Shown here: positions 16,642-25,560 of the stretch, piece by piece | Layout of the letters: every line of letters begins with the position of its first letter | Position numbering within the stretch: position 1 is the first letter of the stretch | NCBI GenBank assembly: GCA_030654965.1 | Contig: JAURWL010000222.1 | Location: 20,830 to 84,829 of the forward strand | Length of the DNA stretch: 64,000 nt | Origin: Dehalococcoidales bacterium | GTDB taxonomy: Bacteria > Chloroflexota > Dehalococcoidia > Dehalococcoidales > Fen-1064 | Direction of reading: 5' to 3' | Translations under genes and position numbers: made by a program | Notes under the pieces: model-generated | Seen by the model: only the letters and a program-made list of their open reading frames with translations | Told to the model about the DNA's origin: nothing | Database searches by the model: none

Positions 16642-17343
16642 TTATGCCTTCCGCTGTCTCATCAGCGCCCCGACGATTGCCAGGTCCGCAGGCGTTGTTA
16701 TTTTAATATTATCATAGGCACCCATGAAGAGTTTGACCCTGCCGCCGGTCAATTCGACCAGCTGGGCTTCATCGGTCACGTCATGTTCATTGTACTGGAA
16801 AGCATCCATCAACATATCGTAGCGGAAGACCTGAGGCGTCTGAATTTGCCACAGGTCTTCTCTGGGCATGGTCCAGCGGACGACCATATCCGTGCCGGCG
16901 AGCTTGATAGTATCCGTCACCGGTATCGCAGCAGTAGTAGCGCCCGTCTCCCGCGCCGCTTTCAGTCCACGTCTGATAAGGTCGATGGTGATACGAGGTC
17001 GGGCGCCATCATGGATAATGACCCAGTCACATTTGCCCAGCTTCTTTAATCCGGCAAGCACCGAGTCCTGCCGCCGTTTGCCTCCTAGACACGTGACGAC
17101 ACGCTCGTCCCACCCGTACTTCATGAGCAGGTCTTTCGCGCCGGAGAGATTACGACGGTTGAGCACGAGGACAATACATCCGGTCTGGCGAAATTTCAGG
17201 AATGGTTCGATAACATGGAAAAGCACGGGCTTACCAGCGAGCGGTGCCATAATTTTATCCGTACTGCCCATGCGCCGGCTCGACCCCGCCGCCACAATCA
17301 CCACCCCAATTTTTTCCTTTTTCACGGTTGTTTTTCCAGCCAT
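16642..17343 (-). CDS. ispD: 2-C-methyl-D-erythritol 4-phosphate cytidylyltransferase
   Basis: VVIVAAGSSRRMG is present. It sits adjacent to ispF with a 1-nt gap. Confidence 0.9.
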   Translation of the reverse strand: MAGKTTVKKEKIGVVIVAAGSSRRMGSTDKIMAPLAGKPVLFHVIEPFLKFRQTGCIVLVLNRRNLSGAKDLLMKYGWDERVVTCLGGKRRQDSVLAGLKKLGKCDWVIIHDGARPRITIDLIRRGLKAARETGATTAAIPVTDTIKLAGTDMVVRWTMPREDLWQIQTPQVFRYDMLMDAFQYNEHDVTDEAQLVELTGGRVKLFMGAYDNIKITTPADLAIVGALMRQRKA

Positions 17344-17413
17344 TTATCCTCACCCTCTGGACTGAATTGAGTTTAACATATCGCCTTACGGAAATGCCAA
17401 ATTCCAATGCTTG

Positions 17414-17527
17414 TTCCCGCGAAGGCGGGAATACAAATTTCAATTCAGATTGACATTCCGTATGAGCGACTTTATCGCCATCCCGAAAGAATCGGGACTG
17501 GATTTGGAATCCAGAAATCCCTCCCAA
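17414..17527. repeat. Cluster of three short perfect hairpins of the dispersed repeat class
   Basis: The hairpins are ttcccgc-gaag-gcgggaa (17414-17431), tcccga-aagaa-tcggga (17481-17497) and ctggatt-tgg-aatccag (17498-17514). They are followed by agaaatccctccc, which also occurs at 8-22. Confidence 0.65.
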
Positions 17528-17592
17528 CGTTGCTTAAATGATTTATTAGTGATATAAAAGTGGGGTGGAGCGGTCATAAGGAGGAGAGGCTG

Positions 17593-18144
17593 ATGGATAG
17601 AGAAGCGGCACTGAAAGCCGTAAGGGACAATGTCAAGAATGAAAACCTGGTGAAGCACATGCTCGCCACGGAAGCTATCATGCGCGCGCTTGCCCGTCGG
17701 TTCAATGAGAATGAAGACGAGTGGGGAATTGCCGGCTTGCTCCACGATATCGACGTCGAAGTGACCAATGCCGATTTATCGGTACACAGCAAACCCGGCG
17801 CGGATATGGCAAAACAGTTGGGCGCCAATGAGGCTGTCTGTCATGCCATTCTCGTACATAATGACGCCCACGGCGTGCCTTGTGTATCCCTGATGGATAA
17901 AGCCCTCTTTTGCGCCGACCCGTTAACCGGTCTGATTACCGCCGGCGCGCTCGTCCGTCCCGATAAAAAACTTGCCAGCGTTGAAGCCAAATCCATCAGA
18001 AAGCGGTTCAAGGAAAAGAGCTTTGCGGCGGGCGCAAATAGAGAGCAGATGGCGAAATGCAGTGACATCGGGTTGGAGTTGGACGCGTTTATTGAGCTTG
18101 GTTTGGAGGCGATGAAGGGAGTGGCGGAGAGTCTGGGGCTGTAA
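17593..18144 (+). CDS. HD-domain phosphohydrolase
   Basis: Start at MDRE, with GGAGGAG upstream. The HD motif is GLLHDIDVE, with a second His cluster at HAILVHND. Confidence 0.75.
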   Translation: MDREAALKAVRDNVKNENLVKHMLATEAIMRALARRFNENEDEWGIAGLLHDIDVEVTNADLSVHSKPGADMAKQLGANEAVCHAILVHNDAHGVPCVSLMDKALFCADPLTGLITAGALVRPDKKLASVEAKSIRKRFKEKSFAAGANREQMAKCSDIGLELDAFIELGLEAMKGVAESLGL

Positions 18145-18284
18145 TTCATGTTTTAGTAGGGTATAATTATCGTGTGCCAACGGTGTTACGAATCAGGGGA
18201 TATAGATTTTTCTTCTTTAGTAATGAGGCTGGAGAAGCCATCCATATTCATGATGTAACTTGAATATCCTGAAGGGGAAATGGG

Positions 18285-18527
18285 ATGAGTATTTCGGTCA
18301 GTAAATCTTTAGCAGTAATGGCTTCTGAAGTCTGGTTTGATGCTAATATGATGCATGTCCGTCTCTTGGATGGCAGGGAAATCAGTGTGCCCCTCGAATG
18401 GTTCCCCAAATTACGGAATGCTTCCGCTGAACAGAGAAAAAAATGGCGTCTCATAGGCAAAGGTGTGGGTATTCACTGGGAAGATATTGACGAGGATATT
18501 TCAGTAGCCGCTTTGCTGAGAGCATAG
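18285..18527 (+). CDS. DUF2442-family small protein
   Basis: 80 aa. VWFDANMMHVRLLDGREISVPLEWFPKL..AS..QR..W.L.G.G.GIHWEDIDEDISV matches the DUF2442 pattern. Confidence 0.7.
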   Translation: MSISVSKSLAVMASEVWFDANMMHVRLLDGREISVPLEWFPKLRNASAEQRKKWRLIGKGVGIHWEDIDEDISVAALLRA

Positions 18528-18533
18528 CATTAT

Positions 18534-19154
18534 TCAGGACTGCTTTGGTACAACCACCACTCTGGTCAGTTCTTTGCCGTTGTCGAATCCTGAAACCGTT
18601 CGCACGATTTTAAAACCCCATTTAGTCAGCGCTTCGTCAATCCACGGCCAATTAACAGGGTCTTTGCTGCTACGGTATTCGGCGACCAGCAACTCACCAC
18701 CGTCTTCAAGATATCGTTGGAATATGTGTTTAACATACTGTCTCTGCAAATAATCAGGTACGTAGCCAAGCTCGGTACGTACATAACGAAAGCGCCTCAG
18801 GTTTACCCAATCCCAGCCATTTCCCACGTACAGCTTATCTCGATATTCATGCAATCGTCTTTTTGCTAGTTCCACCAGTTTTTTTGAAAGGTCAAGCCCA
18901 TATGGAACGATTGATAATCCCCGCTCCGCAGTCCATTTCATCACGCATTCCAGCAGATACCCGTTGGCACAGCCAATATCCAAGAAAGCGCCTGATTTCT
19001 CAATGCAGTCAGCAATTGGCTTACGTAAAGCCATCCATCTCTCTTTAGAACCAGATAACCCGGATTGCCGCCACGGCTCATTGTATTGGAGATATGCCCC
19101 CTCCAGTACGTCTCTGACCGTGGAGAACCAGTCGTAAAGTTCCTTATCCTGCAT
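18534..19154 (-). CDS. Class I SAM-dependent methyltransferase
   Basis: Start taken at MQDKELY (ATG 19154), overlapping the GNAT stop by 11 nt. Motif I is FLDIGCANGYLLE. Confidence 0.7.
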   Translation of the reverse strand: MQDKELYDWFSTVRDVLEGAYLQYNEPWRQSGLSGSKERWMALRKPIADCIEKSGAFLDIGCANGYLLECVMKWTAERGLSIVPYGLDLSKKLVELAKRRLHEYRDKLYVGNGWDWVNLRRFRYVRTELGYVPDYLQRQYVKHIFQRYLEDGGELLVAEYRSSKDPVNWPWIDEALTKWGFKIVRTVSGFDNGKELTRVVVVPKQS

Positions 19155-19620
19155 CTTTCGTCCAAAACTCCAGATAAATGCGGGTTTTACCTGATTTCCG
19201 CTGTTTGACCTCATCGTCGGCGTTATCCGATGCCACAATCTTCCAGAATTTCTCTGCCGGAATGTTAGCATTAAAGAACTCAATTCGCCATTTCCCCTTG
19301 TGTTTCCGGCTAACCTGTGAGGCCGCCCACCGCCCCAACCCCGACCTCCGGTACGGTCTCAAGATAAAGAACTCCGCCATATGGTAGCAATCGCCCGCTT
19401 TTCTCACCAGCACAAAGCCAGCCACCTTCCTACCGTGGAAAATCAGGTAGGGATACCTACCCTTTTCTTTCCAGTAACAATCAAGGTAGCGGTATTCGTA
19501 CTCGCCAAGCCGGTTGGGCTTGATATTGCCGTATTCACTAAGTTCGTGGAGATAAGGTTGAAGCAGGTTTTTGATGAGCGGCTTTTCTTTTAGCGACGCC
19601 GGTCTGACAGTATCTCTCAT
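19144..19620 (-). CDS. GNAT-family acetyltransferase
   Basis: 158 aa. The acetyl-CoA loop is FFILRPYRRSGLGRWAA. Confidence 0.7.
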   Translation of the reverse strand: MRDTVRPASLKEKPLIKNLLQPYLHELSEYGNIKPNRLGEYEYRYLDCYWKEKGRYPYLIFHGRKVAGFVLVRKAGDCYHMAEFFILRPYRRSGLGRWAASQVSRKHKGKWRIEFFNANIPAEKFWKIVASDNADDEVKQRKSGKTRIYLEFWTKDAG

Positions 19621-19686
19621 ACCAGGTTCCTAACTCAACCTAATCCTTGACCCGTTTGCCGCTTTAACCACATCTATCCGTAGCAC

Positions 19687-20388
19687 CTATTTTAGAAATT
19701 TGGGGATTTCCAATAAGTCTCCGACCACGAAATCAGGTTTGATTTGCTCATTTTGAGGCAATAGTTGGGCGCGGTTAAACCAGCAAGCTTGCATCCCAGC
19801 GTTCTTAGCACCGACGATATCGCTCGCGTAAGTATCTCCGATATATAAACACTGCCCTGGTAGCATATGTAATATGTGCGCCGCTTTAAGGAAAATCCGA
19901 GGGTCTGGTTTCCGTATGCCAACTTCCTCGGATAGAATTATGCAGGAGAATAAGTGTCGTAAACCCAAGCTCTCCAACTTGCGGTACTGGACATCAGGTA
20001 GCCCGTTTGAGACCGCTCCCAATTGGTATTTTCCGCTTAATTCTCTAACTAATCGAACTGCTCCTTCAACTGGAGCATCAACTGCCGGCAAGTGTCGGAC
20101 GTATATTTCCGTTATTTTGTCAGCGAAGCTTTCTGGCAAGTCGAGGAGTCCCAGAAATAGCCGGCTCCGTCTGTCTCGCAAACCCTCAGACGGCATGCCC
20201 GAGTCGAACTCTGCAACCGTAAGACGGTCAGATTCAGAAAAAGCTTTGGCGACTCGTTTAATATCCAGAGCGCCGAAGATTTCAGGTAATGAATCCACTA
20301 TTATCTGAAGAATCTTTGCCTGCGCCAGATTTCTGTCAAAAAGGGTATCATCGATGTCGAAAAGAATCGTCTTAATGCTCTTCATCAT
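19687..20388 (-). CDS. HAD-superfamily hydrolase (IA)
   Basis: Start taken at MMKSIKTILFDIDDTLFD (motif I). Other motifs are AVSNG, KPDPRIF and YIGDTYASDIVGAKNAGM. Confidence 0.8.
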   Translation of the reverse strand: MMKSIKTILFDIDDTLFDRNLAQAKILQIIVDSLPEIFGALDIKRVAKAFSESDRLTVAEFDSGMPSEGLRDRRSRLFLGLLDLPESFADKITEIYVRHLPAVDAPVEGAVRLVRELSGKYQLGAVSNGLPDVQYRKLESLGLRHLFSCIILSEEVGIRKPDPRIFLKAAHILHMLPGQCLYIGDTYASDIVGAKNAGMQACWFNRAQLLPQNEQIKPDFVVGDLLEIPKFLK

Positions 20389-20420
20389 TACAATAAGCCT
20401 AATAGAGGGTTGAACATAGG

Positions 20421-22988
20421 TCACCCCAAGTTAATCTTTGACCCGTCGGCTTCTTTGACCACGTCAATCCGTGCCGGGAAGGCATCCCGCAGTTCCTCGA
20501 TGTGGGTGATGACCAGTATCTTCTCAAAGTCATCCTGAATGGTGGTGATGGCTTCCCGCAGTTTTTCGATGCCAGCTGCATCCTGCGTGCCGAAGCCCTC
20601 ATCGATGATAAGCGTGGGTAATGGCGCGCCGGCTCTCCTTGCCAGTAAACGTGATAACGCAATCCGGATAGCGAAATTAATACGGAAGGCTTCCCCGCCG
20701 CTGAATAGCTCGTAGTTGCGCGTGCCCAGTTCATCGGCGATTTTAATGTCCAGCGTCTCCAGTGTATCGCCCTTCTGTGTCTCCCTCTGCGTCTCGATTT
20801 TCACATACATACGGTTTTCTGTCATCCTCGCCAGCAGGCGGTTTGCTTCATTCTCAATTTCAGGGAGGGCAGTCTCGATAATTAACGCCTGCACACCCTT
20901 CTTACCGAAAGCCTCGGCTAGTTCGTGGTAAATTTGCTCTTCTTTCCTAGCCTGATTCAGCAAGTCTAGCTTTTCCTGTTTCCTCACAGCCAGTTGAGCC
21001 AGGTTCTCCAGTTTAGCCCTGATACCGCCCAGCCGCTCCTGCACCTGTTTTTGTTGCGCGGTCAGGCTCTTCAGGTCGGTCTCGGCTTTTATCAGGTCGG
21101 TAGATAATTGCGGGAGTATTTTCAACTCGCCGGCGAGCTCCTGCCGTTTCTGCTGGTCCGTTTCCAGCCCTGCACGCAATTCTAGAGCCAGCGTCTCGGA
21201 GCGCGCCAGGTCTTCCCGCTCCCGTGTGATAAGGCGGTCGGCTTCATCCAGTTTCTGCTTCGGGATTTCGTACTTTTTGTAGTCGTCATATCGCTGGCGG
21301 ACTTGCTCGTGCTTTTCTGCATCGTAGTCGAGTTTAATAATTGCTTCTTCTACCTGTCCTGCTTGCTCCTGTTCGACGATGGCAAAACTGCGTGCCGTCA
21401 ATTGTTGCTCAATTTCGCTGACTTTCACCCATTGTTCAGCAAGTAGATTGACAGCTTCCTCAGCGCGGGCAATTTCCCTTTCCAGCGCGCCAATCTGCGA
21501 CTGCGTCCCGGCTTTTTCCTGGGATAGCGTTCTTTCCGTCAGAGCAGTACCTTCACTAAGCTGTTTCAATTCGGTCTGTTTGACTTTATATTCCGCCTGT
21601 TTGGCTTTGACCATATCTGTCTTTGTCTGCCGCTCCGCCGCAAACTCCATCTCGATGTGCTTGATACCGTCCTCGCCAAGCTCACAACCGCAGAGCGGGC
21701 ACTTCGCGCCTTTTTGAGTGCGGAGAAGTCTGAGTTTTTCGCCGGCTTCTTCAATTTCCCTCTCCAGACGGCGCCATTCCGCTCCCACGCCCTGCATCTG
21801 CACGAGCAATACCTGCTCAATCTGCTTTTTCTGGTGAAGCGTTTCTTCCTGCCCGGCGAGTTCCTGAAGGCGACGCTGTGCCTGCTGGTAATCTCCTTTT
21901 AGGCGTGGGAGAGCAGCGGTGGTTTTCTCAAATTCGTTGACTCTACCCTGTGCCTGCGCGTGCTGTTTCACCAATTCCTGGCTCTTGTGGTTAATCTCCG
22001 TCTCCAGGGCATGTTTCCTCTGCGTCAGTCGGTTCACAAGCGCCAGATTTTTATTCAGGGCTTCATTTTGCTCCCGCGCCTCAATGAAATGAGCATACCC
22101 CGATTCAATCTCATCGCGGCGACTGAGCACGGCTTCATGCTCTGTGATGCGCGTCTGTTGCTGGCGCATCTGCTCTTCAACCTGTGTTAGTGTTCGACTT
22201 TTTTCGGTGAGGTTTCTCTCTATCTGGGTCAACTGTGCCCGCTTGCCTTCGAGTATCTCCTTGTGCTGACGTAATTCAGACAGAATGGATTCATAGCCTT
22301 TGATGGTTTCATCGTAGCGTGCAAGTTCATCCTGTGCCTTCTGTTGTTCCTCTTCGTAGATGGGCAGGTGGGTAAGTTCGGCATCGATTTCGGTGAGATT
22401 GCGGGATAGCTGTTCCTTTTCCATTTCCCGCTGTTTGTTCAGGTCTTTGGCGCGTCTCTCAAGTTCATCATAGTAACCCAGCCCGAGGATGTTACCGAGT
22501 ACCTGTTTCCGTTTTGACGGGGTGGCGGTGGTGAATTCGTCGGCGTGTCCCTGTCGCAGGTAGGCGCTATTCGTGAAGGTATCATAGTCCATGTGGAGGA
22601 TATCTTCGATTTTTCGCTGGGTTTGTGTCTGGGTATCGCCATCGATAGCTTTGAAGCCGCCATTAGAAGCGATGAAAAAATGGAGTGCCGCTTGTCCGGA
22701 ATCAGTCTGCCGACGCGGACGGGCGCGCTTACGCAACACTTTGTACCCCTGGTTGCCCACGGCGAATTCATACTCCACCTGCACCTCATCCTGCCCTTGA
22801 TGGATAAGTTCCACATCTTTTTTGGCGCGGGTCTCGCCCCAGAGCGCCCAGGTAATTGCGTCGATAATCGATGACTTACCGCTACCGTTTGCCCCGCAGA
22901 TGCTGGCAATACGGAAGCCGGTGAAATCGAGGGTTTGCATCTCCCGGTAGGGCATGAAGTTGTGAAGGGTGAGCTTGATGGGAATCAT
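20421..22988 (-). CDS. sbcC: SbcC/Rad50-family ATPase
   Basis: 855 aa. It has Walker A GANGSGKSS, long coiled coils, the zinc hook CPLCGC, the signature LFSGGEAFR and Walker B TLIIDEGFG. Confidence 0.9.
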   Translation of the reverse strand: MIPIKLTLHNFMPYREMQTLDFTGFRIASICGANGSGKSSIIDAITWALWGETRAKKDVELIHQGQDEVQVEYEFAVGNQGYKVLRKRARPRRQTDSGQAALHFFIASNGGFKAIDGDTQTQTQRKIEDILHMDYDTFTNSAYLRQGHADEFTTATPSKRKQVLGNILGLGYYDELERRAKDLNKQREMEKEQLSRNLTEIDAELTHLPIYEEEQQKAQDELARYDETIKGYESILSELRQHKEILEGKRAQLTQIERNLTEKSRTLTQVEEQMRQQQTRITEHEAVLSRRDEIESGYAHFIEAREQNEALNKNLALVNRLTQRKHALETEINHKSQELVKQHAQAQGRVNEFEKTTAALPRLKGDYQQAQRRLQELAGQEETLHQKKQIEQVLLVQMQGVGAEWRRLEREIEEAGEKLRLLRTQKGAKCPLCGCELGEDGIKHIEMEFAAERQTKTDMVKAKQAEYKVKQTELKQLSEGTALTERTLSQEKAGTQSQIGALEREIARAEEAVNLLAEQWVKVSEIEQQLTARSFAIVEQEQAGQVEEAIIKLDYDAEKHEQVRQRYDDYKKYEIPKQKLDEADRLITREREDLARSETLALELRAGLETDQQKRQELAGELKILPQLSTDLIKAETDLKSLTAQQKQVQERLGGIRAKLENLAQLAVRKQEKLDLLNQARKEEQIYHELAEAFGKKGVQALIIETALPEIENEANRLLARMTENRMYVKIETQRETQKGDTLETLDIKIADELGTRNYELFSGGEAFRINFAIRIALSRLLARRAGAPLPTLIIDEGFGTQDAAGIEKLREAITTIQDDFEKILVITHIEELRDAFPARIDVVKEADGSKINLG

Positions 22989-23110
22989 AACGGCTTATTT
23001 TAACATAAGCGTTGATTGACAAACAGGTGGGATAAATTCTAATCTCTAATATCAAATCATTAAACAAATTCGAAGGAATGAAATCTAAAACTGGAACGAC
23101 AACTCCTAAT

Positions 23111-23137
23111 TGTCATTCCCGACTAGATCGGGAATCC
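23111..23137 (+). repeat. Dispersed hairpin element, family B
   Basis: Reads tgtcattcccgactagatcgggaatcc, with stem ttcccga/tcgggaa. Confidence 0.7.
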
Positions 23138-23208
23138 AGTTTGAATTCATCTGGATGGCATTCTTCTTGGAGATTCGGATTTAGGGTTTCCGACTGAAAG
23201 GAGGTATT

Positions 23209-23655
23209 ATGCAAGCTGGTGAAGGGAAAATGGGGCGGGTATTTGTTATCCGGCTGGAAGACGGCGATATGTTACCCGGTTGCCTTGAGGAATTTGCGCA
23301 GAAGAAGAAGGTCAAGAATGGATTTGTCTTGCTGGTGGGTGGCATCGGGGGCGGTCAAATTGTGGTGGGACCGCGCCGTTCCGATGAAATACCCCCCGAA
23401 CCCATGTTACTCCCCATAGACGGCGCGCACGAGGTGGCGGCGGTCGGAGTGCTGGCACCCGGTGAGGATGGCAAGGTGGTACTGCACATTCACGGCGCTC
23501 TCGGACGTTCCGGGCAGACAAAAACCGGCTGTCTGCGTCCCGGTGTGTCAACATGGCTGGTAGGTGAGGTAATTCTGTACGAAATTATCGGTGTGAATGC
23601 GAAGCGTGTAAAGGACAAAAAGAGCGGATTCGCACTATTAACCATCGGCAGGTAG
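23209..23655 (+). CDS. PPC/DUF296-domain protein
   Basis: AGGAGG lies 5 nt upstream of the start. GRVFVIRLEDGDMLPGCLEEFAQKKKVKNGFVLLVGGIG matches the PPC domain pattern. Confidence 0.7.
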   Translation: MQAGEGKMGRVFVIRLEDGDMLPGCLEEFAQKKKVKNGFVLLVGGIGGGQIVVGPRRSDEIPPEPMLLPIDGAHEVAAVGVLAPGEDGKVVLHIHGALGRSGQTKTGCLRPGVSTWLVGEVILYEIIGVNAKRVKDKKSGFALLTIGR

Positions 23656-23664
23656 TCTGCGCAA

Positions 23665-23699
23665 TGTCATTCTGAGGAGTGAAGCGACGAATGAATCTC
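23665..23699 (+). repeat. Family A short form (TGTCATTCTGAGGAG..GCGACGAATGAATCT)
   Basis: It begins 10 nt after the DUF296 stop codon. It is nearly the same as the reverse complement of 44271-44312. Confidence 0.7.
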
Positions 23700-23785
23700 G
23701 GGGTGGGGATGGTGTCCTGAAGGTATGCCCTCCACCCCGATACCCTTCACTATGTTCAGGGTGACAACGTAATAAAAGGAGAAAA

Positions 23786-24364
23786 ATGATGAATAAAATT
23801 ATGATTGCTCCCCAGCCCCTCATCTGCACCACCCCGACAGTACTGGTCGGGGCGATGGTGGATGGGAAACCGAACTTTATGGCGGTGGCGTGGTGCGGCG
23901 TGGCGAACAGTGTCCCACCGATGGTTTCGGTGGCGATTCGACCGCACCGCCATACCTTCAGGGGTATCATCAAGACACGCGAGTTCTCCGTAAATGTCCC
24001 GTCGACCGAACAGGTAAAAGAAGCCGATTACTGTGGCATGGTCTCCGGGGCAAAGGTGGATAAGACGGCAGTTTGCGGATTCAAGGTTTTCTACGGCAAG
24101 CTGAAAGACGCACCCTTAATTGAGCAATGCCCTGTGAATCTGGCATGCAAGGTAGAGCACATTCTGGAGCTGGGGACACACCAACTGGTCATCGGCAGGG
24201 TGGAGGAGACCCACGTGACGGATACCTGCCTGAACGATGGTCGTCCAGACTTCAAACAGATTAAGCCCTTCGTTTACGCGGCCGGCGCACCGGCGGAATA
24301 CTATGCTTTCGGTGAGTCAATAGGGCGGGCGTTTAGTGTGGGGAGAGCGCTGGAGGGGAAATGA
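23786..24364 (+). CDS. Flavin reductase-like (FMN-binding split barrel) protein
   Basis: TPTVLVGAMVDGKPNFMAVAWCG..PPMVSVAIRPHRHT and EFSVNVPS are present. Confidence 0.8.
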   Translation: MMNKIMIAPQPLICTTPTVLVGAMVDGKPNFMAVAWCGVANSVPPMVSVAIRPHRHTFRGIIKTREFSVNVPSTEQVKEADYCGMVSGAKVDKTAVCGFKVFYGKLKDAPLIEQCPVNLACKVEHILELGTHQLVIGRVEETHVTDTCLNDGRPDFKQIKPFVYAAGAPAEYYAFGESIGRAFSVGRALEGK

Positions 24365-24819
24365 GTAGAGCGCCTTTTCAGGTTCTGGTAGTTCCATTCT
24401 TTCGGAATAAATCCGGCAGGATTGAATTTGCCATCTTCAAACGCAGAGACGGAGGGTATTGGCAAGGTATTGCCGGAGGCGGAGAAGATAATGAGACTCC
24501 TGCAGAAACAGCGAAACGAGAAACTCAGGAAGAAAGCGGAATTCATGAAATCGCTCGCTATATTACACTAGATACGATATGCTCTGTGCCAGTGACTGAA
24601 TTCCCCGGTGCAATGTGGGGGGACAGTATCTATGTTATCCCTGAATATTTCTTTGCGGTGGAAGTGATGAACAAGAAAATCACTTTATCTGATGAGCATA
24701 CTGAATACCGATGGGTAAAATACAAGGAAGCTGTGGAATTGTTGAAGTGGGATAGTAATAAAACTGCGCTATGGGAACTAAATCAGAGGTTGATGAAAAA
24801 CAGTGGAAAATCTGGTTGA
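24361..24819 (+). CDS. Nudix hydrolase
   Basis: The Nudix box is GGGEDNETPAETAKRETQEESG. The ATGA start overlaps the upstream stop. Confidence 0.8.
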   Translation: MSRAPFQVLVVPFFRNKSGRIEFAIFKRRDGGYWQGIAGGGEDNETPAETAKRETQEESGIHEIARYITLDTICSVPVTEFPGAMWGDSIYVIPEYFFAVEVMNKKITLSDEHTEYRWVKYKEAVELLKWDSNKTALWELNQRLMKNSGKSG

Positions 24820-24824
24820 CCAAT

Positions 24825-25097
24825 TTAGAAATCATAAGTGGATTCGGTTCGGCGGGCTACCTTCACCACCAATACCAACATTTCTTTGTCACGTATCTGA
24901 TAAATAATCCTGAATTTCCCGATACGTATCCTATAGGTGTTCTCTCTTTTCTTTAGCTTTATTGCACCTTGTGGTTGCGGTTCTTGAGCTAAATTTCTGA
25001 TTGCCGACCGAATCCTCTCAAAATCCTCTATACTGGTTCGTTTTTTTAGTTTCTCAATATTACGTTCGGCAAAAGGCGTGGTTTTAATGTCGTACAT
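24825..25097 (-). CDS. relE: RelE/ParE-family toxin
   Basis: Start taken at MYDIKTTPFAERNIEKL. YRIRIGKFRIIYQIRDKEMLVLVVKVARR is the RelE core. Confidence 0.8.
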   Translation of the reverse strand: MYDIKTTPFAERNIEKLKKRTSIEDFERIRSAIRNLAQEPQPQGAIKLKKRENTYRIRIGKFRIIYQIRDKEMLVLVVKVARRTESTYDF

Positions 25098-25374
25098 TCT
25101 TTTTCTCGGCAATCATCATAACCTTATTACGTTCTTTGATTGCTTGCTCCCACTCACGCTCGACTTCCTCCCATGGCCGTCCACCCTTCTCTTCATATTC
25201 GGCAATCGCAGCATCAATTTCAGGTAACAATTCCTCTTCTTCTTTTACCTCTAGCCATTCTCGCACCGCTTCAGAGATAATTGCGCTTGCCGGTCTGTTT
25301 CTTCTTACCGCCTCGATTTTCAAGTCTGTGTAGAGTTCTTCATCATGGAAAACGACTGTCATTTTTTTGGTCAT
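25084..25374 (-). CDS. RHH/CopG-like antitoxin
   Basis: 96 aa, overlapping the toxin start by 14 nt. KIEAVRRNRPASAIISEAVREWL is ribbon-helix-helix-like, and the tail is acidic. Confidence 0.7.
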   Translation of the reverse strand: MTKKMTVVFHDEELYTDLKIEAVRRNRPASAIISEAVREWLEVKEEEELLPEIDAAIAEYEEKGGRPWEEVEREWEQAIKERNKVMMIAEKKNVRH

Positions 25375-25389
25375 AATTTTATCCTCTGG

Positions 25390-25449
25390 ACGTATTTACG
25401 TATGGATGTCTGTACGTATGATTATAGGCAAAACAAATAGTAATGTCAA
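25390..25449 (-). promoter_or_regulatory. Consensus promoter (TTGACA-17-TATAAT) plus TACGTATG direct repeats (candidate operator)
   Basis: The -35 is at 25444-25449 and the -10 at 25421-25426. TACGTATG occurs at 25397-25404 and 25413-25420, with acgtat at 25390-25395, all between the -10 and the RBS. Confidence 0.55.
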
Positions 25450-25560
25450 GAACATGTACAACTGAGGGAGATGGTTTAGCTTTGACAGTCTCGCGTGTGG
25501 ATGGTATCATTGCAGTGGAAATCTTATTAACCCAAACTCATATTTCAAGGAGTTGTTAAG

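Noticed and set aside
18216-18251. An 11-codon mini-ORF (MRLEKPSIFMM*) upstream of the DUF2442 gene, considered as a remnant of the usual DUF4160 partner.
   Set aside because: The similarity is too short and weak to support.
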